Below are positions 11,363 through 21,855 of a stretch of DNA of 64,000 nucleotides, one piece after another. This DNA is from Flectonema sp. DT1601. Taxonomy: Eukaryota. How positions within the stretch are numbered: position 1 is the first letter of the stretch; the number at the start of each line of letters is the position of its first letter. The stretch is from positions 310,001-374,000 of the forward strand of contig OZ025782.1 in assembly GCA_964019425.1 (NCBI GenBank), given 5' to 3'. The notes beneath the pieces are model-generated. The model was not told the origin of the DNA. It made no database searches and saw nothing but the letters and a program-made list of their open reading frames with translations. A program made the position numbers and the translations under genes.

Positions 11363-12556
11363 CTACACAGAACATAATTGGTGTTGCAATGCCTCACCTG
11401 CTCTTAACAACAATTCATCATCGCCGTGTCTGGCGATTAGTTGAAGAGATGAGATGTTGCTGTTGCTCGGAACAGGAATATTTATTACTGGAACACCAAC
11501 AAAGTTCCATGGAATATTCATAGAGGGATCACCCGTTGATCGTTCAGACAGATCAGAGTGACTACACTCAACTGTTGAGGGAGTCACTAAAATAGAAATA
11601 TTTTTATCATCCATCTGAGATTCAATCTGACTACGAACACTCATCATAAATGACTGATGTGATTCTACTTCAGACTTTGATAATGTTGTTGTGCTTGTCA
11701 TCATTTCATTTATTTTTGGTGCAACAGATCTATTGCAGTTGTCTTTCCAAAAATCATACCACTGCTCTCGTGCTTCAAAAATCGCAAGTTCCTTCTGCGA
11801 TTTGTAAACCTTATCAAGATCTGGTATTGTTATGTGTTTTGTAAGAGTGATTTTATTTTTTATTAAATCAAAAACGTCTAGCTCTGATTTTGATAAATAT
11901 TCCTGTTGAGGTACTCCAAAACTGAATTCACTCAGTGGAGTGAGAGACTCTGTAGAGTTATCGACAACAGGAGGTGGTGTGTCGCTGCTTCCAATTGCAA
12001 CTGAATGCATCCATCTCACATCTGAAATTGTGTTCGCAAAATAACCAATTTGATCGATAGAATGAGAGAAGCATTCAACACCATCTGTCGGTACAGTTCC
12101 TTTACTTGGTTTAAATCCAATTATTCCATGATATGCTGCCGGTCGAATGATTGATCCTGAACACTGTGTCCCCAGAGAGAATCGAACTTGACCAGTTGAA
12201 ACAGCTACACAACTACCGGTACTGGAACCACCAGCACTCTTACTAGGTCTCGACGGATGAATACAACCGTCACAAGGGTCCATAAAAATTAACGGAGTCA
12301 ACGATGTTTTGATTGGAATTCCACCAACTTTTTTGAATCTTTTTATTAAAGTACCCTCCTCACCGAGTACTTCATTCTGTGTTCCAATTCGAGTTTGGGA
12401 ACCTTCACAATGAAATACATCTTTCACTCCCAACAACCATCCTCCCCGATGAACAGTTTCTTCAAAGTATTTCTGTTCTTTAGTAGAATTCACATTCAAT
12501 AGAGAATTTGATATTCTGTTCAAGAGAAACGTTTCCTTTAAAGAAAGCAGAGCCAT
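11363..12556 (-). CDS. Amidase-signature family enzyme
   Basis: GVKDVF (Lys), GGSSTGS, GTQCSGSIIRPAAYHGIIGFKPS (Ser-cisSer-Lys triad region), LQLIARHGDDELLL. Confidence 0.9.
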   Translation of the reverse strand: MALLSLKETFLLNRISNSLLNVNSTKEQKYFEETVHRGGWLLGVKDVFHCEGSQTRIGTQNEVLGEEGTLIKRFKKVGGIPIKTSLTPLIFMDPCDGCIHPSRPSKSAGGSSTGSCVAVSTGQVRFSLGTQCSGSIIRPAAYHGIIGFKPSKGTVPTDGVECFSHSIDQIGYFANTISDVRWMHSVAIGSSDTPPPVVDNSTESLTPLSEFSFGVPQQEYLSKSELDVFDLIKNKITLTKHITIPDLDKVYKSQKELAIFEAREQWYDFWKDNCNRSVAPKINEMMTSTTTLSKSEVESHQSFMMSVRSQIESQMDDKNISILVTPSTVECSHSDLSERSTGDPSMNIPWNFVGVPVINIPVPSNSNISSLQLIARHGDDELLLRAGEALQHQLCSV

Positions 12557-12767
12557 ACTTTATCCTGAAGGTGAGAGGACAGTGAATGCTTTCAACTTGG
12601 GAGAGCTCTTTTATCTTAGATGCACAAAACTATGGATAAAGTGTATTTACTGAGAGAAGGGAATTAAATTTAAAAATATTAGAAAATAAACTATTAATTT
12701 TTTTTTTTTTTTAAAAAAGAAAACTGTTAAGATATATTCCGTATGTGTAAGTAAAAAATATTTAATT

Positions 12768-13343
12768 TTATGTTACGGATGGTGTGGAGCTATTCTGATC
12801 ACAATCTTCTCCTCTAAGTTTATTATTTCTAACAATTCTATTTAAAGTTGTGTGGTACTGTGCAACTAGTTCAGAGAGCTCTGTATCTTCGAGATACAGG
12901 CTGGATAATAGTTTGTCTTCGCGAGCCTTTTCAGCTACAGATAGGTCGTTCTGTTTGATATCGTCAGCTAATTTTATCATGTGACTTCTGGTTGTTGCAT
13001 ATGCTTGTTCAGTTGTGGATATCGATTTCTTTTTGCTTTCGTTAAACTTGATGTTGTTTTGCTTTATTATTTCAAATGCCTTTTTAGATAGCTCTTCGAA
13101 TCTAGGTGAATTCATTTTAAATGTATTTTTATCTGATTGTTCTCTCTGTTCCCAGATTTGATCGACAACTCCCCATTTTTCATCTATTCTGTCACCAAGA
13201 TCATGGTTTAATTTTCCAAGTCTGGCCATTTCTTTATTTTGCATCGCCTCGTTGTATTGTTGATCTCCTCGTCGTTTTCCAATTGCTTTTAAAACTTCAT
13301 CATTTTCTAACCGACGTCTCACAGATGGGGGTAAATTTTCCAT
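12768..13343 (-). CDS. Hypothetical helical protein
   Basis: Open frame; likely start MENLPPS follows TTTTTTTACAG. Confidence 0.65.
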   Translation of the reverse strand: MENLPPSVRRRLENDEVLKAIGKRRGDQQYNEAMQNKEMARLGKLNHDLGDRIDEKWGVVDQIWEQREQSDKNTFKMNSPRFEELSKKAFEIIKQNNIKFNESKKKSISTTEQAYATTRSHMIKLADDIKQNDLSVAEKAREDKLLSSLYLEDTELSELVAQYHTTLNRIVRNNKLRGEDCDQNSSTPSVT

Positions 13344-13577
13344 TGTTATTTGTTCACTGTAAAAAAATAAAACAAACATATGTTGTATGGAGGGGAAAAG
13401 AAATTCAAGAAGGAAAAAAAATAAGTATTTTCGAATTTAATAAATTTCATTTTGTAAGAAACAAAAAAGTATATTTATATCTTACAAAAACAGGCGCAAC
13501 ACTACTACGGAAAGTGATACGGCAAACACTGAATATCGAGTGCGAGAAGAAAACAAACAAGTCCGCCCACTCAGGAA

Positions 13578-14449
13578 CTATATCTTCCAATCAACTAGAA
13601 ATAAAGGATGCCTTGGGTGAAATTCTTTGTCGTGCGTTCTTCCCTGACGGCTGTGTTTTTTTTTTTTTTTTTTTTTTTTTTTTCGAGATTTTGCCAACAG
13701 AATTCCAGTTAGGGGTAACAACTTTAGGGTATTAAAAACAAATTTAATCCAGTTAGGGGATAATTTGGTAGGGGGGAAAAAAAAAAAGAAAATTTAACAT
13801 ACAATGGAATATCTCTCCAAGTTGGATCTGGAAGCCTCCTCTTCATTGGAATTGGAGTTTTCAAAAGATATCTTTGAAAAAAGTTACGAGCCCTTTTCTC
13901 ACGAGCGATATTCTCGCCAAGGATATTCTCGTTATCGTTTGTCTGTAAATTGTCACTGCGGGCAAGCTCACAAAGTGATCTGAAGGCAAGCGGTTCCCTT
14001 TGCGCAAGTTCAACCAGCGTTCGTAAATGCAATTTTGTTCCCTGAAAACCACTCTTCGACATAAAGGTTTTAAAGCTCAGACCGTGTTGCTCAGTAGCCG
14101 CTGCTATGTTACTTCTACTCAGTAATTGAAGCTCTTGGACACGTAACCAACGATAAGCCGACCATCTAACTGCTAAGTATCGAGCATATTTCCGCATAGC
14201 TCTTCTATTCTGACCACGACGACCGTAAACACCTCTTGTTATCTCTGGATATCTTAAGTTAAAACTTGCTGTTAGTTCTCTTGCGACAGACTGGGAGTGA
14301 TCAAAAGGTGATACTGAATTTGATCTTACGTGATTGGGACTCATCGATTTCGGTGATAAGTCAATTTTTAATCCCGGATTTAATGCTTTTTTTATTCCTG
14401 CAACACCCTTTGGATTGTACAAGCATTTCGCACTGATCCGAAGTGCCAT
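13578..14449 (-). CDS. Mitochondrial ribosomal protein bL20-like; predicted exons 13803-14449 and 13578-13650
   Basis: SNIAAATEQHGLSFKTFM and LHLRTLVELAQREPLAFRSLCE match bL20. The unspliced ORF decays into poly-F; splicing gives ...WRDIPFRQGRTHDKEFHPRHPLFLVDWKI*. Confidence 0.75.
13651..13802 (-). other. Predicted 152-nt GT-AG intron
   Basis: Donor GTATGT, two CCCCTAACTGGA (CTAAC) motifs, acceptor A28-CACAG; phase 2 preserves the frame. Confidence 0.7.
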
Positions 14450-14792
14450 TTTTTTTTTTGTTTTTTTTTTTTAATACCCCACTCCTGTCAGGTCAATTAA
14501 TTCGTTTTTTTTTTTTTTTTTTTTTTTTTGGAAATTATCAAACTTGAGAAAAACTGTAACCTGCTGTAAGGAATATTTGGTATAAAAATCTTTTTAAAAA
14601 AAAAAAAAAAAAAGAATACAACTCCAGACCAATTCGTTGAACCGACACGGGGAAGATGGGTCATGATCACAGTATGAGACATGACACCAAAACGTGCTGA
14701 GAATTCCAAACAAAGATACTTTTGTATCGTCGCTTGAAGAATTTTTTTCTTTTCTTTTTTTTTTTTTTCTTCCAATTTGCTAAAAAGTACAC

Positions 14793-17700
14793 TTACAAAG
14801 GACAAAACTTCAAATAAGGTTCAGCTGAGTCTGTTGTGAGCATCGGAGGGAAATAATTGTCATACCCAATCGCTTCTTCAGGTGAAATAAGACGATGCTC
14901 GAATGAAAAGCAATGCAAACATGAGAGAGATTGTAGTGATAGAAGAGCATCAAATGTTGTTTGAAAAGGAATAAGTTCTTGGACTTGATCTGATGCTTTC
15001 CATCGAATGGCCGAATTAACGCCAACAGTTTCAATGGCTGAATGGAAGGGACTCTTGTCGATTTTGTAATCCCAGGAAGTGTTAGTCACCTCGTCGTACA
15101 AGTGAAATGATTTTTTTTCAATATTTATCTTAACAACCCGACATCTGCATTTAACCGGAAGTACAGTTCTGGTAGGGACGCCGTTTTTAATCCCGAATAA
15201 CTGATTCGTGAATGAAAGTTTCTTTAAAAATCCTCCAGCTCGTTTTTTTTCAACCGACATAGCGTCGAGTAAGCACTGATCAACAGAAGAGATTGGCTCG
15301 TCTCTATTTTGAGACAGCATCCTAATAACCTTCAAGTCTTGATACTTACGCAAAGGTGATGTGAATGGCACCTCACAAGTAGGAACCCAAGTATCCGTTG
15401 TCTCTACTATTTTCCTTGAATCATCATTATATTTTTGATTATAAACAGGAGACATTAAAATCCTATTGATGTATTTTGCAACAGCAGCTCCATAAGCAGT
15501 TTTTCTCAAAGACATGATCGAGTCACACAGCTCTCTCTCACTAGAATACGAGACGAACACAGAGCTTTTTAAAACCTCCAATTCTCTGAAAGTCTCCGCA
15601 GAAGGCGCTGAATACCTCGTAAAAAAACAACTCGATGTTATTTTTGATAATTTTTCAGCCGCTGCTTCTTTTGCATACACCATCAGGTACTGCACTAGCT
15701 CACTTGGTCCTTCCCTAAACTGCGTACTTTCTTGAACAGTTCCTCGATGATTCTTCATTGACCTCATAGCTTCATAAAGTACAGTTGCGTTTTTAATTGC
15801 TTCATCCTTGTAGTTATTAGTGGGAACCGTGTCTTTTATTATTTGGGTTTCGTTTTTGAAATCATCCCACGTCATGTTGTCTGTCATGTCGAGACAGCAT
15901 CTATTCTTTATAAATGAACGAATGATGTCAAAGAACGTAACCCTTCCGTCGTTTCCAATTCTAAAAATAACAGTCATAGCACATCTGACAGTGTTTGGCT
16001 CTAGTGATGTAAGTTCAATAACTGCATCAGGAAGCATTCTGTCGACTCGTTCTTCTTGTGGAATATACGCATCTGATAATTTGTCTTTGCAGTCTTTATT
16101 AATAGGAGAATCATTTTGAACTATGTGCGACGGATCAGCAATGTGAATTAATACGGTGTATCCGTATCCTTGCGTAGTTGTTGGGTCTGCTTTTGTAACA
16201 GAGAAAGCATCATCAAACAACTGAGTTCCCCTTTTATCAATTGAAAAGCAAAATAAATCAGTCAAATCCACCCTATCAGTATCCAGTACTGTTTTAGCTA
16301 CTGATTTTTTTGCTTCTGATTGAGATATTGCTCTTGATAGTCGTAAGCAGTTGCTTTCTAAAATTGATTTTCTAAGTAAACTATCAACCAACATATTATT
16401 ATCACACGAAATTAGATCGGCTTCCCATCTACTCAGACCATCCTGCTGTCTTAGGTTAGTAGCGTAGTACACTTTCGTCCACCATCTCTCTTCGTTCAGA
16501 GGAAGAGATGCCTTGCTAAGTCTAATCCACGGTAGCATTTGAGCATTTTCAAAAATATTACAAAAAATATAATATTTTCTCTCAGTATTTGGGGTTGCAA
16601 TGATCTGACGATGACCAATTATGATTCCGTTGGTCAAGGCTAAGGATGTGAGGACTTTAGAACCGCTTTCAACTTTAAATAATTCACCCGATTCAGATAT
16701 TTTTACATCATTTCCAAAGTGATCTGAAAGCTGTTGTGTCGTTATCTCAGCCTGACGAAAACAAATTACGTCAGGTACTTTAATAACGCAAGGAAGAATA
16801 GCTGTTCTTTTTGGGCTTTCGATGACTGTTGTACTAATTATCCTGTTCTCAACAGGGTTAAATAAGACGTTAACTTTATCGAGTTCTAGTACTCCGTTTG
16901 TCTTTCGGGTGACTGATTTTCCATTCAGCCTTCCATTTCCTAAACTGCGAAATGTAGATCCAGTAACGATACCGATTTCATTAATACAAGGCTTTGTCTC
17001 TTCCCGTTCCTCAAGGACTAGGTTAACAACTGCCTGTGGTGTTGCCACAGCTGGTACTGGTGGGACAGGTTCCGTCAACACTGGTGGGGCAGGTTGCACC
17101 CAGGTCCCCTTTTTCAAGTCAACATCAACATATTGTCCACTGGCCACATCGAGCCATTTTTCCAAGTTTCCAATCTCTCTACTTATGATTTCAGCCTTCT
17201 CTATTGATAGAGCAGGACGTACTGGAATACTTGAAGATACTTCAACTGACTGTGGTACTGACTGTGGAACAGATTGCTGTGGTGCTGACTGTGGAACAGA
17301 TTGCTGTGGTGCTGACTGTGGAACAGATTGCTGTGGTGCTGACTGTGGTACTGGCTGCTGTTGTACCGACTGCGCTGACTGATGCTGTACTACTGACTGT
17401 GGTACTGGCTGCTGTTGTGCTACGGGCTGCGCTACTGGCTGTGGTACAGGCTGCGCTACTGGCTGTGGTACAGGCTGCGCTACTGATTGCGGCACTGGCT
17501 GTGGTACCGATTGTGGTAACATCTGCTGCATCGGCTGTCCTACTGAATTCATTTGACTATTTAAAGTCTGAACTGACTGACGGATCTGAGGGGACTCGAC
17601 TTGCTGCGGAAGTGGTTGAGAGAATCCCTGCATTGGTTGAGATGGAGCTGGCTGTTGGATAGATGATGCCTGCTGTGAGGTTGTGGGGGTTTGGACTTGT

Positions 17701-17879
17701 GACTGCTGTGGGACTGAAGTAGTTGCTTGACGCTGTGGCATTGATACTCTAGTCGGAATCTTTCTATTTGTATTCCCCAGAGTTTTCAATACTTGTTCTG
17801 GATCTGGTGGAATGAACGCATTTTGAGTGATCTGCTTCCGCGGCCACTCATCCACCCATTTCTTGGCTTCTTCTGTCAT
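14793..17879 (-). CDS. RNB-domain (RNase II/R/DIS3 family) protein with Q/P-rich N-terminus and WW-like motif
   Basis: DLTDLFCFSIDKRGTQLFDDAFS, IHIADPS, FTSPLRKYQDL. Start moved to MTEEAKK after CCCTACAG. Confidence 0.85.
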   Translation of the reverse strand: MTEEAKKWVDEWPRKQITQNAFIPPDPEQVLKTLGNTNRKIPTRVSMPQRQATTSVPQQSQVQTPTTSQQASSIQQPAPSQPMQGFSQPLPQQVESPQIRQSVQTLNSQMNSVGQPMQQMLPQSVPQPVPQSVAQPVPQPVAQPVPQPVAQPVAQQQPVPQSVVQHQSAQSVQQQPVPQSAPQQSVPQSAPQQSVPQSAPQQSVPQSVPQSVEVSSSIPVRPALSIEKAEIISREIGNLEKWLDVASGQYVDVDLKKGTWVQPAPPVLTEPVPPVPAVATPQAVVNLVLEEREETKPCINEIGIVTGSTFRSLGNGRLNGKSVTRKTNGVLELDKVNVLFNPVENRIISTTVIESPKRTAILPCVIKVPDVICFRQAEITTQQLSDHFGNDVKISESGELFKVESGSKVLTSLALTNGIIIGHRQIIATPNTERKYYIFCNIFENAQMLPWIRLSKASLPLNEERWWTKVYYATNLRQQDGLSRWEADLISCDNNMLVDSLLRKSILESNCLRLSRAISQSEAKKSVAKTVLDTDRVDLTDLFCFSIDKRGTQLFDDAFSVTKADPTTTQGYGYTVLIHIADPSHIVQNDSPINKDCKDKLSDAYIPQEERVDRMLPDAVIELTSLEPNTVRCAMTVIFRIGNDGRVTFFDIIRSFIKNRCCLDMTDNMTWDDFKNETQIIKDTVPTNNYKDEAIKNATVLYEAMRSMKNHRGTVQESTQFREGPSELVQYLMVYAKEAAAEKLSKITSSCFFTRYSAPSAETFRELEVLKSSVFVSYSSERELCDSIMSLRKTAYGAAVAKYINRILMSPVYNQKYNDDSRKIVETTDTWVPTCEVPFTSPLRKYQDLKVIRMLSQNRDEPISSVDQCLLDAMSVEKKRAGGFLKKLSFTNQLFGIKNGVPTRTVLPVKCRCRVVKINIEKKSFHLYDEVTNTSWDYKIDKSPFHSAIETVGVNSAIRWKASDQVQELIPFQTTFDALLSLQSLSCLHCFSFEHRLISPEEAIGYDNYFPPMLTTDSAEPYLKFCPL
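17248..17515 (-). repeat. Coding tandem repeats (QQSVPQSAP and VPQPVAQP units) in the RNB protein
   Basis: 27-bp and 24-bp units visible in DNA and protein. Confidence 0.85.
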
Positions 17880-18040
17880 CCCTGTAGGGGTAAATAGTAC
17901 GTACAAATACCTCAAATAAAACACAACATTAATTCCACCCTTATAACTGTAGACCTGGTAGATGTAAATAATTATATCGATTACAATAACAACAATCACT
18001 TTAATAAATATAAAGTGCAGAATAGTATCGGAAGTTTGAA

Positions 18041-18859
18041 TCAAACCAATACGGTGTGTTGCCGACCAGTTGGTGATTCGCTTTCAGAACTGCTATTGCT
18101 ATTATTATCGTCGTCTTTGTGATGAATTGCTGATTCGGAATATGTAAAACAATTTTCTTTCCAAACAGTGCGACGGCGGACAGGTTCTAAAGAGGGGTAC
18201 AGAGGTTCGATATTGGCATCGTCTCTTTCTTCATAATCCTCTTCTTCTTGTTCTTCTTGTTCTTCACGCTCTTCTTGTTCTTCCTCATGTTCTTCGATTG
18301 GAGGAGGTTCTTCCTCTTTAGGAGGAATAACGTCATTGAATATCTGTATTTCGTGGTCTAAAAGTGATTCTTGTTGTTTGCGTCTAAGCTGTTTGCTTGC
18401 TGACCAACTAGGATGGCATTGCAGGTAATTATATTTCATAAATCCACCTTGTTGGTGTGCTCTTTGTTCTTTTAGGTTTTCACGTTCTTCACTAGTCATG
18501 CGATATTCGATTTCTCTTCCTTTTTGAAGCCTTCGTCTTTTTAGGATTACACCTCCGAACTCTTCTTCATATTTCTTTTTATCGAGCTCGTATCGTAAGG
18601 CTTTTCGTCGTGTCGCTCTGTTACCATCTTGATGTTGTTCTGTTTTTTTTACTACTTCAATATCTGTTTCTTCGTCAGATTCACTCAGTGCGACCGCACC
18701 TCTCCAAACCTCCCCATCACCTCCTCCTCTTTCCGGATTTACAATAAATTTCGTCGGTACTTTTTCTTTTTTAACTCGTCTTCCTTTGCTCTGACTTCCT
18801 TTTGCTAAGGGTGCCCTCTTTGCTCGACCCTTTGATATTCCTTTTTTCATCATTGCCAT
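18041..18859 (-). CDS. BUD22/SRFBP1-like nucleolar protein (tentative)
   Basis: Basic N-terminus, GNRATRRKAL, CHPSWSASKQLRRKQQ resembling the BUD22 HPSW motif, acidic tail. Confidence 0.55.
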   Translation of the reverse strand: MAMMKKGISKGRAKRAPLAKGSQSKGRRVKKEKVPTKFIVNPERGGGDGEVWRGAVALSESDEETDIEVVKKTEQHQDGNRATRRKALRYELDKKKYEEEFGGVILKRRRLQKGREIEYRMTSEERENLKEQRAHQQGGFMKYNYLQCHPSWSASKQLRRKQQESLLDHEIQIFNDVIPPKEEEPPPIEEHEEEQEEREEQEEQEEEDYEERDDANIEPLYPSLEPVRRRTVWKENCFTYSESAIHHKDDDNNSNSSSESESPTGRQHTVLV

Positions 18860-19128
18860 GTCTTGAAATATACGAGACCTTTTTTAAAAAAAAAAAGATA
18901 TAAACTAAACTGTGTACTTTAATAATTACGTTTACAAAAAAAAAAAAAAAGGAGCGGTGTAAATAGAATATTGAAACAATAATAATAATATGTTTATAAA
19001 GTTATAATATGAGTTTATTATAAAAAAATGTAAATTAAAATATAAAAAAAATAAAAAATAAAATTATAAAAAACACAATCGTTCTGCTGTTCCATAATAC
19101 ACTTGTGGAATACGTAGTTTCAGGAGCC

Positions 19129-19815
19129 TTAGCTACTAACTGCGCACACATTATTTGTTAATCTTTGAAGTCTGTTTGAGACTTCCTGGAATGCTAATTC
19201 GGAACTCCGAAGTTCATTTATTGCCATTGCGGCTTTCAAATCAGCCGCCTGTTGTAATTGTTGTTTTATTTGTTGTTGTTTAGCTTCTGTTTCACGTTGA
19301 AGGATTTCAGAATGAGACTGTTCGTATGACGTTAAGTGTTTCATAAATTTATTATTTTGATCAGCGGAGATTGACTGACGAAGTTGTTGTTCCCAATAAA
19401 AATTTGTGATCATTTCTCTTGTTTCTGAGTACTGCATTGGAGCAGAAATAGCTGATTCAGAGTTGGTTGGTGCACCTCCCATGTCCTTCGCAGGAAATGT
19501 AAAATGAAATATCCTAAACTCTTGTCCGAGTATAATTATTTCCAGCATTTCTTCCTCCCATAAATCAAGTCTGCATTCTTCTTCGTAAGTCTCTGTTTTT
19601 TCTAAATACATTTCATTAGTGTATCTCACTGCGTCTGCTATAAGTTGTTGCTCAGTGTCACGTTCACATCTCAATATCGATGTGACTCTTTCTGCTTCTT
19701 TATTATTTGATAGAATGAGTTCAGCTGCCACGTCTTGTTCTTCTTTCTTTCTGTATATTCTTTTCAACACTGAGTCTTTTTCAGATTTCCAATATGCTTC
19801 TTCCGAGTCAGTCAT
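19129..19815 (-). CDS. Hypothetical coiled-coil protein
   Basis: 228-aa ORF, E/Q-rich heptads. Confidence 0.7.
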   Translation of the reverse strand: MTDSEEAYWKSEKDSVLKRIYRKKEEQDVAAELILSNNKEAERVTSILRCERDTEQQLIADAVRYTNEMYLEKTETYEEECRLDLWEEEMLEIIILGQEFRIFHFTFPAKDMGGAPTNSESAISAPMQYSETREMITNFYWEQQLRQSISADQNNKFMKHLTSYEQSHSEILQRETEAKQQQIKQQLQQAADLKAAMAINELRSSELAFQEVSNRLQRLTNNVCAVSS

Positions 19816-20013
19816 TGTTAAACAGGTACCTGTGTGTGTGTAAGAAATATAGTTTAGTTTAGTTTAAGAAACAGTCTTCAATCTTATGAAGGAAAAAAAA
19901 AGAAAATAAAAAGAACCTTTTCAATTTAAATGAATGGAAAAGATCAAACGAACGTGTAGAAACTTGAACCTACCGTGTAAAGAACAAAATAAAAAAACTC
20001 TTTTTTTTTTTCT

Positions 20014-21663
20014 TCACCCACCGCTGTGTTTTGCCTTGTATTCTTGTTGATGTTTTTCAAATTCAGATTTATATTGATTCCTATCTTGTAAGCAATAATA
20101 CGAACACCAGCAAGGACATGTTACCGTTGCAAGAAGGCATGCACTCGACCAAAAGCAAACCTTTTTACAATCATAGAGACACTTTTGTGCTGAGGAAGCA
20201 TCCTCAGGAAGAGTACCACAAGCGAGATTAAAAAAAACAAGTGGATCAGCTTCTGGACCGTCGATTGTTTCGCGAGTCTCACCTCTGTCGTAGCGTTCAC
20301 GTTTTGAAGGATCTGATATAATCGAGTACGCTTCCTGCACATCTTGAAACATGTCTTTCATTCGTTCCTTTTCATCAGCCGATGCTGAAGCAATTTTGTC
20401 CGGATGATACACCAAAGCCATATGCCGATATGCTTTTTTTATTTCATTCTCAGGAGCGTTTTTCGTAACACCCAAAATACCATAGTAGTCTTTCTGTCTG
20501 GGTTTTATTTTTCGAATTACGTCAATTCTGGCACGAGTTTGCGCATCTGGAGAAATCTCAACTGCACATTCATAATCTTTTATCGCCCTGGTGACGTCAT
20601 CAGTTGCTTCGAAACAGTATCCTCGACACTGATATGCTCGAACTTTCCACGGTCCATTCGTGTTGTCGGACAGTGATATGTTACAATCATCAATGGCTTC
20701 TCTATATTTGCATTGATACATTAATATTATAGCTCTGTGGGTCCTCATCACTAATTTCATATTTTTTGAATAGGATCCCTCAGATTCAATCGCCTTTGTC
20801 AACGTTATTTGAGCCCAATCAAACTTTCCACCTTTACTGTAAGTCGTGGCAGTGTCAATCACAACTCTTAGAGACGCTATCGTCCTTCGTTTTTTTTCAA
20901 GAGATAAGTAATTTGCATCAACCCTGTGAAGTCTACTAAATGCATCCTCAGCTTCATCAACGAGAGAGAGTTCGTAGTAGGCGAGTCCAAAAAACCAAAG
21001 AAGCTCTATAGAAGCTCGAAATGGATTCGAATTCATTAAAAATGAGATTTGAGAGATAATTTCATCATGACCCTCAGTATACGACAAGAGTGTGACATAT
21101 GGAAGTATTATATTTATGTCATGAGTGACATGTGCCGCAGCTGTACGCAATAACTCAACCGCTGATTGTTTCTCAGTATCAGTAGTCAGAAAATCAACTA
21201 TGTTCGTATTTGAATCTTTATTTTTAACTATCTTCTCATAAGCTTCCAATGATTTTTCAACTTTATCAAAAATTTCTAAAGCAGTTTTTGTTTGTGTTAT
21301 CACCGCAGTGTTTTCTTCATTCTTTTCTAATGATCCAAAATGATTCAAAGACCTATTGTAAACTTCTTTAGCAGTTGATAATTTTCCCAACTTAAGCGCA
21401 GCTGATGCCAATCTAAAATAACCCTTTGAAAACGAACTATCCAACTCCACAGCGGCAGTACTGTCATCCATACAACGGTTTAGTGATTCAAGTGTGTTTA
21501 AACGAAAATTTGCTTGTGCTCTATTTCCAAATGTAATTCTTGATGGGTGTACCTCAATTGATTTTGTATAAGTCACTACGGCGTCGGCGTATTTCCCTTG
21601 ACGGTATTCGTCGTTTCCCTGCTCTCGTAGAGCAGCTGATTTCTTTTCAACGTCATCTAACAT
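20014..21663 (-). CDS. TPR + J-domain co-chaperone (DNAJC7-like) with Cys-rich tail
   Basis: Multiple TPRs (LREQGNDEYRQGKYADA...), J domain KDYYGILGV...YHPDK. Confidence 0.9.
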   Translation of the reverse strand: MLDDVEKKSAALREQGNDEYRQGKYADAVVTYTKSIEVHPSRITFGNRAQANFRLNTLESLNRCMDDSTAAVELDSSFSKGYFRLASAALKLGKLSTAKEVYNRSLNHFGSLEKNEENTAVITQTKTALEIFDKVEKSLEAYEKIVKNKDSNTNIVDFLTTDTEKQSAVELLRTAAAHVTHDINIILPYVTLLSYTEGHDEIISQISFLMNSNPFRASIELLWFFGLAYYELSLVDEAEDAFSRLHRVDANYLSLEKKRRTIASLRVVIDTATTYSKGGKFDWAQITLTKAIESEGSYSKNMKLVMRTHRAIILMYQCKYREAIDDCNISLSDNTNGPWKVRAYQCRGYCFEATDDVTRAIKDYECAVEISPDAQTRARIDVIRKIKPRQKDYYGILGVTKNAPENEIKKAYRHMALVYHPDKIASASADEKERMKDMFQDVQEAYSIISDPSKRERYDRGETRETIDGPEADPLVFFNLACGTLPEDASSAQKCLYDCKKVCFWSSACLLATVTCPCWCSYYCLQDRNQYKSEFEKHQQEYKAKHSGG

Positions 21664-21772
21664 GTTTTGGTGTGAGTGTGTACTTTGGAAAAAAAAATCT
21701 ATTAAAAAAAAATTTTAAAAAATTCAAAAGAATAACAATAATAAGTATCAAAATTGTATAGGCTCAGGGGCG

Positions 21773-21855
21773 ATTGAATGTTTGAATTTGCAAAATACAA
21801 CTGTTTTGTATCGCGTTAACATAGCGATGGTTTAACATCTGTTACGAGATGCAGT
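21773..21855. repeat. Repeat family A copy
   Basis: ttgaatgtttgaatttg.aaaatacaactgttttgtatcgcgt.aacatagcgatggttt recurs at 36712, 54391 and 55384, with partials at 41492 and 42062. Confidence 0.85.

Noticed and set aside
17880..18044. Upstream extensions of ORFs (also 9898-9966, 13344-13379, 25758-25847, 32610-32759)
   Set aside because: Low-complexity intergenic sequence; downstream ATGs fit the acceptor/A-tract pattern or family N-termini better.
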